A stretch of 57,376 nt of DNA, counting the filler, from Bipalium vagum (taxonomy: Eukaryota): the NCBI GenBank assembly GCA_037834085.1. It is 3 parts of 3 records of this genome, joined end to end, with 100 filler letters (N's around TTAATTAATTAA, not from the genome) between each part and the next. Parts side by side here need not be neighbours in the genome. Positions count along the whole stretch, not along the records: positions 39,010 to 57,376 come from JBBMKC010031395.1; 2 more parts are not named here. One strand, written 5' to 3'. The notes under the pieces were generated by a model. That model was not told where the DNA came from. It worked only from the letters and a program-made list of their open reading frames with translations, and did not search any database. Within the stretch, counting starts at the first letter, position 1, and each line of letters opens with the position of its first letter. Shown in pieces: positions 53,331 through 57,376 of the stretch. The position numbers were made by a program, and so were the translations under genes.

Positions 53331-54419
53331 AATTATATCTCATATTTCAAATTATAGAAATATTTCTGAAAATAAAAAACATAATGATTATCATAAAGAA
53401 AGATGACAAAATAATATTTATCTAAGATTGAATAGATCTTTGAAAAAACAAAAAGAAAATAAATACATAGAGGAAAAATTCAGTGTTTATTTAAATTTTT
53501 TTGTTAACTGATTTTTATGATGTAATAAATTAGGAAAAAAATAGTTTTAGGAAATATTTTAAAAATAAGATATAAAAGATATAAAGAAAAAAGTCATAAA
53601 GATTTCAAAATCTTGAACTAAAAATTTGAAATAATTGTAAGAAGAAAAATTTAAATATCATTATGAATTAGAAGACATGGAAAATTATATTTAAAATATT
53701 TAAACATTTTAGTAATTTAGTAAAATCAAGTTACGTTAAAAAAAATTAAGAAAATAAATGAATTTTTCAAATTAGATTAAAAATGAAAAGGGTCTGAAGA
53801 AAAAAGTTCTCAGTATATAAAACATTTACTAAAGTATAACTTTAAGAACACATATAGGTCCTAAAAAACTGGTTATCATAATCTTTATCATTTGTTTTTA
53901 AACATTAAATAAACTAAAAAAAGCAAAATATAATTAAACCTAAAAACTTTGATAAAAGTATGAAAAAATATTTTGGGTTGTGAAATTTGAAAATTATACC
54001 TCATTTCTTTAATTTTTATAATAAAAGATGTTGGACATTTGAGAGATAAAATATTTACTAGTTTTGTAATGATTCTTCAATTTTATGGATTAAATTTACT
54101 TTATTAAAAATTAGTAGAAGCGACCGATTTTAATTTTGGAGGTTTTTAAGTTTTATATTTGCATTTTTAATTATTCTTTTTATTATGTTTTAAAATGTAA
54201 GTAGAAAAACTCATAAGATTATAATATTTAAAAAAATTTTAAAAGTGCGCTTTTTGTTACATTTTTCATTTTATACACTATTATTATTTCATAGATAAAA
54301 TTAATTGCACGTCTTAAATGTTAAGATATCTCAAATGAATTTCTTTTCAAATGATTTTATTTTAACAGACTCTAATAATAAATATTACGAAAAGAAATCA
54401 TTTGATATATAGCTGTTAC

Positions 54420-55142
54420 CGATGTGATGTCATCATTGCACATTATTAAGAAATAACTTAAATATTTATGTTGGTAGTGGAAAAACTTGGAATTTCTCTA
54501 AGATCTTTTCTGTAAAATGAAAATAAATGATTATTGTTTGTGAAATATATTGTTTGTAAAACTACTAGATGTTACATTTTGGCTATGTCTGTAGCTCATA
54601 AATATCAAAAAACTGAAAAATAGTTAATATTCTATTAATGATCAAAATGAAAGTATAACATTTTAATAATAATAAACACAATCTACTTAATCAAACCTCA
54701 AAAAATTAAAATATTAATAAATATCAAACAGGTTTTTATCTTGGTAATTTCTGTCTAAAAATAGTCAATTTGTGCTGTTTTACATACTAAATAGTAATTT
54801 AACATATATAATTGTCAATCTTTGCGCACTTTCTTTAAATAAATATTTCTAAAAATAAATAAAAATTTCTAAGATTTATTAAAATTCAGACCTATCGTAA
54901 CTTGTGGTGATATGCTACTGATTAAAAATAAGTAGTTATTCCTAAATAATGTTATTAATTCTATTTATAAAATCTACTAATTTAATTTAAATACATAATA
55001 ATTAAAATTAATAATAATAATGATATAACTTAACCAGCGCATTATTTATTCTTCAATTAATCAATATATAAAAAGTGAAAATCAGTTGTTGAACCCCAAC
55101 AATATTCTTCGTATCACAGTTATTATTCATTAATGACTTCTA
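54420..55142 (-). pseudogene. Six-exon GT-AG cluster blocked by stops, weakly innexin-like
   Basis: Exons 55142-55035, 54917-54892, 54832-54788, 54754-54697, 54612-54566 and 54509-54420. One frame gives YEEYCWGST, NYY, F*VF*YL* and HKYLSYFLIMC in innexin order, but with 12 stops. Confidence 0.25.
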
Positions 55143-55929
55143 CTAGATAATTTAAAACTTAAACCCTATTAAAAACAAGTTTTTTCTAAGAAAATTCATC
55201 CTTTAACTTAGACACACTAATTTTCAAAAAAAAATTTTTTTATATAAATATTTTAAACAATAATAAAATGTTTTGTAAAAATATTTTAAAATTTTTATTA
55301 ATTTCTATTAAAATAAATAATAATTGTTAAAGATCAGATCATGCGTAAGCGTTGTTATAACTTTTAATTGTTTGTATAAGCAACGTATTCATAATTAAAG
55401 GGCGTTTGCCTTCCTGTAAAAAATAATGATTTATTAATATTAATTATTAAATGAGGAATTTTTATGTAACATTAGCTAAATAGAAAAATTTACAAATGTC
55501 TCATTCTAATAATAACTATTTCAATATATTAAGTAAAATAAATATATTATAAATATTTTAATATGTTAACATTTATGTGAAGATTAATATAATCAAAATA
55601 ATATGAAATTATTATGTCAAACAATAACGGAAATGTGAAATGAATTTGTTGATAATACTTTATCGATTTTATTTTTAATTTTTTATTATGATACTAATCA
55701 AATGATAATAATAAGATTTTTTAATGTTTTTTCTTTTATAATATTTTATTATTTTTAATAAAATTAAATCAATAAAATAAAACAATAAAATAAATGAAAA
55801 ATATTAATCAAAAAATTTAAGACTAAAACAAAAAATTTATCAAATTAATACTAGTATAAAAAAACATTTTTAAATGATTCCTTAATTTAAATAAATTAAA
55901 AAAGAACATTTTCTATTTTTATGGAAAAC

Positions 55930-56220
55930 CTACTATAGAATTTAGTTTAATATCTTAGTTCAATATATTCTCTTCATTTTTAATTACCTGTCTCAAACGA
56001 TCTGGTGACATTTGACTGGCTTTTTATAGTAGTCGACTGGTTTGTTGTCGAAAAATGCATTTAGATGATTTTGGATATTTTCTAATGATGTGAATTTTTG
56101 GGCTCCTGAACTTTTTTGCATGATCGGAAAAGGTAAAAATCTGATGGCGAGAGATTGTGAGAATCTGGAGGATGAATGAGAAGATTCCAATTGTGGTCGT
56201 TCAGTTTTTTTTGTCTACTT
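55930..56220 (-). mobile_element. Mariner 3' remnant
   Basis: HPPDSHNLSPSDFYLFRS and KFTSLENIQNHLNAFFDNKPVDYYK. Confidence 0.8.
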
Positions 56221-56449
56221 TGTCATCTCTTATCGATTGGGTTCCGGATAAACTTCTAACATGTTTTTCACATTTTTTGGAACATAAGAACCCCTTCGAA
56301 ATTCAAAAAGCATAATATGACTAAAATGTAGTCATTCTTCACTTATGACTCAGAAATCAGTAACCTTGAAATTACAATATATTTTTTAAATATAACAAAA
56401 AAAAGTTTTACCTTTGGCTTTATGTAATGATTTTTAAATAGATATATTG

Positions 56450-57140
56450 ATTTAATATTTAGCCTATAAAATAGTATCATTACTTTTACAATGACCCAAT
56501 ATTACCATCACCAACTTTGAAACATAGTCAACAAAATTAAATATGAAAAAAGCGGAGATTTTTTTTAAAGAATTAAGGTTAATTGATGCAATTATCTTTA
56601 TTGCTTATATCTGGCAAGATATATCCCAGACAAATATTAGGAATTGCTGGTATCACACTGAGATCACCAAAGAAGAATCTTTAAATAAGCTCGCCATAAA
56701 ACCAATTGAAATTGCAAAGTATTAAAAATTTGCAAATGAGATCAGTCTAATAGATAAAATTAGTCAAGATGAAGTGGTGGATTTTGACTTGACCATTGAG
56801 GATCGATTTTTAGATACTATTGTTACAATTTAAAAGAAATTCAATCTGAAATGGGGCTCCAATAATCTAAAAATAGTTACTCAGAAAATTTTGACAACCT
56901 AAAGTCACATTTCGTAGACTTTCCTAAAGTTTCAGAGGAAGCTATTGAGTCCTTGAAAAGCATTGAAAACATGCTAAATTTCCAAAAATGCCAAAATAGA
57001 AACAAGACATAGACTTTTGGCTTAATAAATAACTTTTTTTGATTTTAAATTTAAGAACTATTTTAAGAAAATAGGCCGTTTTATAAATTATTTGTGTAGA
57101 TGTTGTGTAATAATTATAACTATAGGACCTCTAGCTACTG
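56450..57140 (+). mobile_element. Tigger/pogo (DDE_1) C-terminal remnant
   Basis: LIDAIIFIAYIWQDISQTNIRNCWYHT matches AWxxVxxxTIxNCWxK. Confidence 0.8.
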
Positions 57141-57306
57141 CCATTTTTTGAATAGTCGCATTTGGAGCAAAAATCTGAGGGAACACTATATAAGATTTAA
57201 AACAAAATACCTAATTAAATTTTAAATAGTTATTTTGTTGGATCTACCCAAGACATCTCCAAGTAGAGTTAATTATAGGGGCCACTTGAAAGAGTCCGCA
57301 TAATTA

Positions 57307-57317
<11 letters not shown>

Positions 57318-57376
<59 letters not shown>
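57318..57376 (+). repeat. (AAT)n microsatellite
   Basis: Perfect AAT run to the end of the window. Confidence 0.95.

Noticed and set aside
54369-54620. Plus-strand GSGKT (P-loop-like) and YIAVTDVMSSL (GPCR TM2-like) motifs
   Set aside because: They lie in different frames surrounded by stops with no supporting motifs, and the splice signals are stronger on the minus strand.
6053-55142. Stop-codon reassignment (TGA=Trp, TAR=Gln/Glu) as the explanation for stop-filled exon clusters
   Set aside because: The best-preserved coding pieces (cyclase last exon, Tc1, PLE, exon at 42705) use TGG/CAA/GAA with no internal stops, and the cyclase exon and Tc1 end in TAA. The blocked exons also show frameshifts and deletions, which fits pseudogene decay. 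A Codetta-type genome-wide test would settle it.

Overview
This is very AT-rich eukaryotic DNA, most likely an invertebrate and probably a nematode (inferred from TTTTCAG/TTTTAG acceptors, 30-60 nt introns and gcy-type cyclase motifs). It has two artificial N44-TTAATTAATTAA-N44 linkers and one 160-N gap. Most of the window is a graveyard of degenerate DNA transposons: many mariner copies, plus Tc1 DD34E, rosa/maT-like, IS630-like, Tigger/pogo, hAT and possibly piggyBac. It also holds a Penelope GIY-YIG fragment and LTR-retrotransposon remnants. One Tc1 (34075-35401) is full length with TIRs and TA flanks. The ORF track misses a split receptor guanylyl cyclase on the + strand (~18.3-26.8 kb). 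Its kinase-homology, coiled-coil and cyclase motifs appear in order but are heavily decayed, while the last exon is nearly canonical and the last four exons can still splice into a 91-codon open frame lacking the catalytic residues. Other leads are an env-like fragment with a PPT/LTR, a mariner whose internal deletion is filled in frame by a tandem repeat, and exon clusters blocked by stops. All family calls come from by-eye motif recognition; no searches were run. I found no firm evidence of a new biological system.
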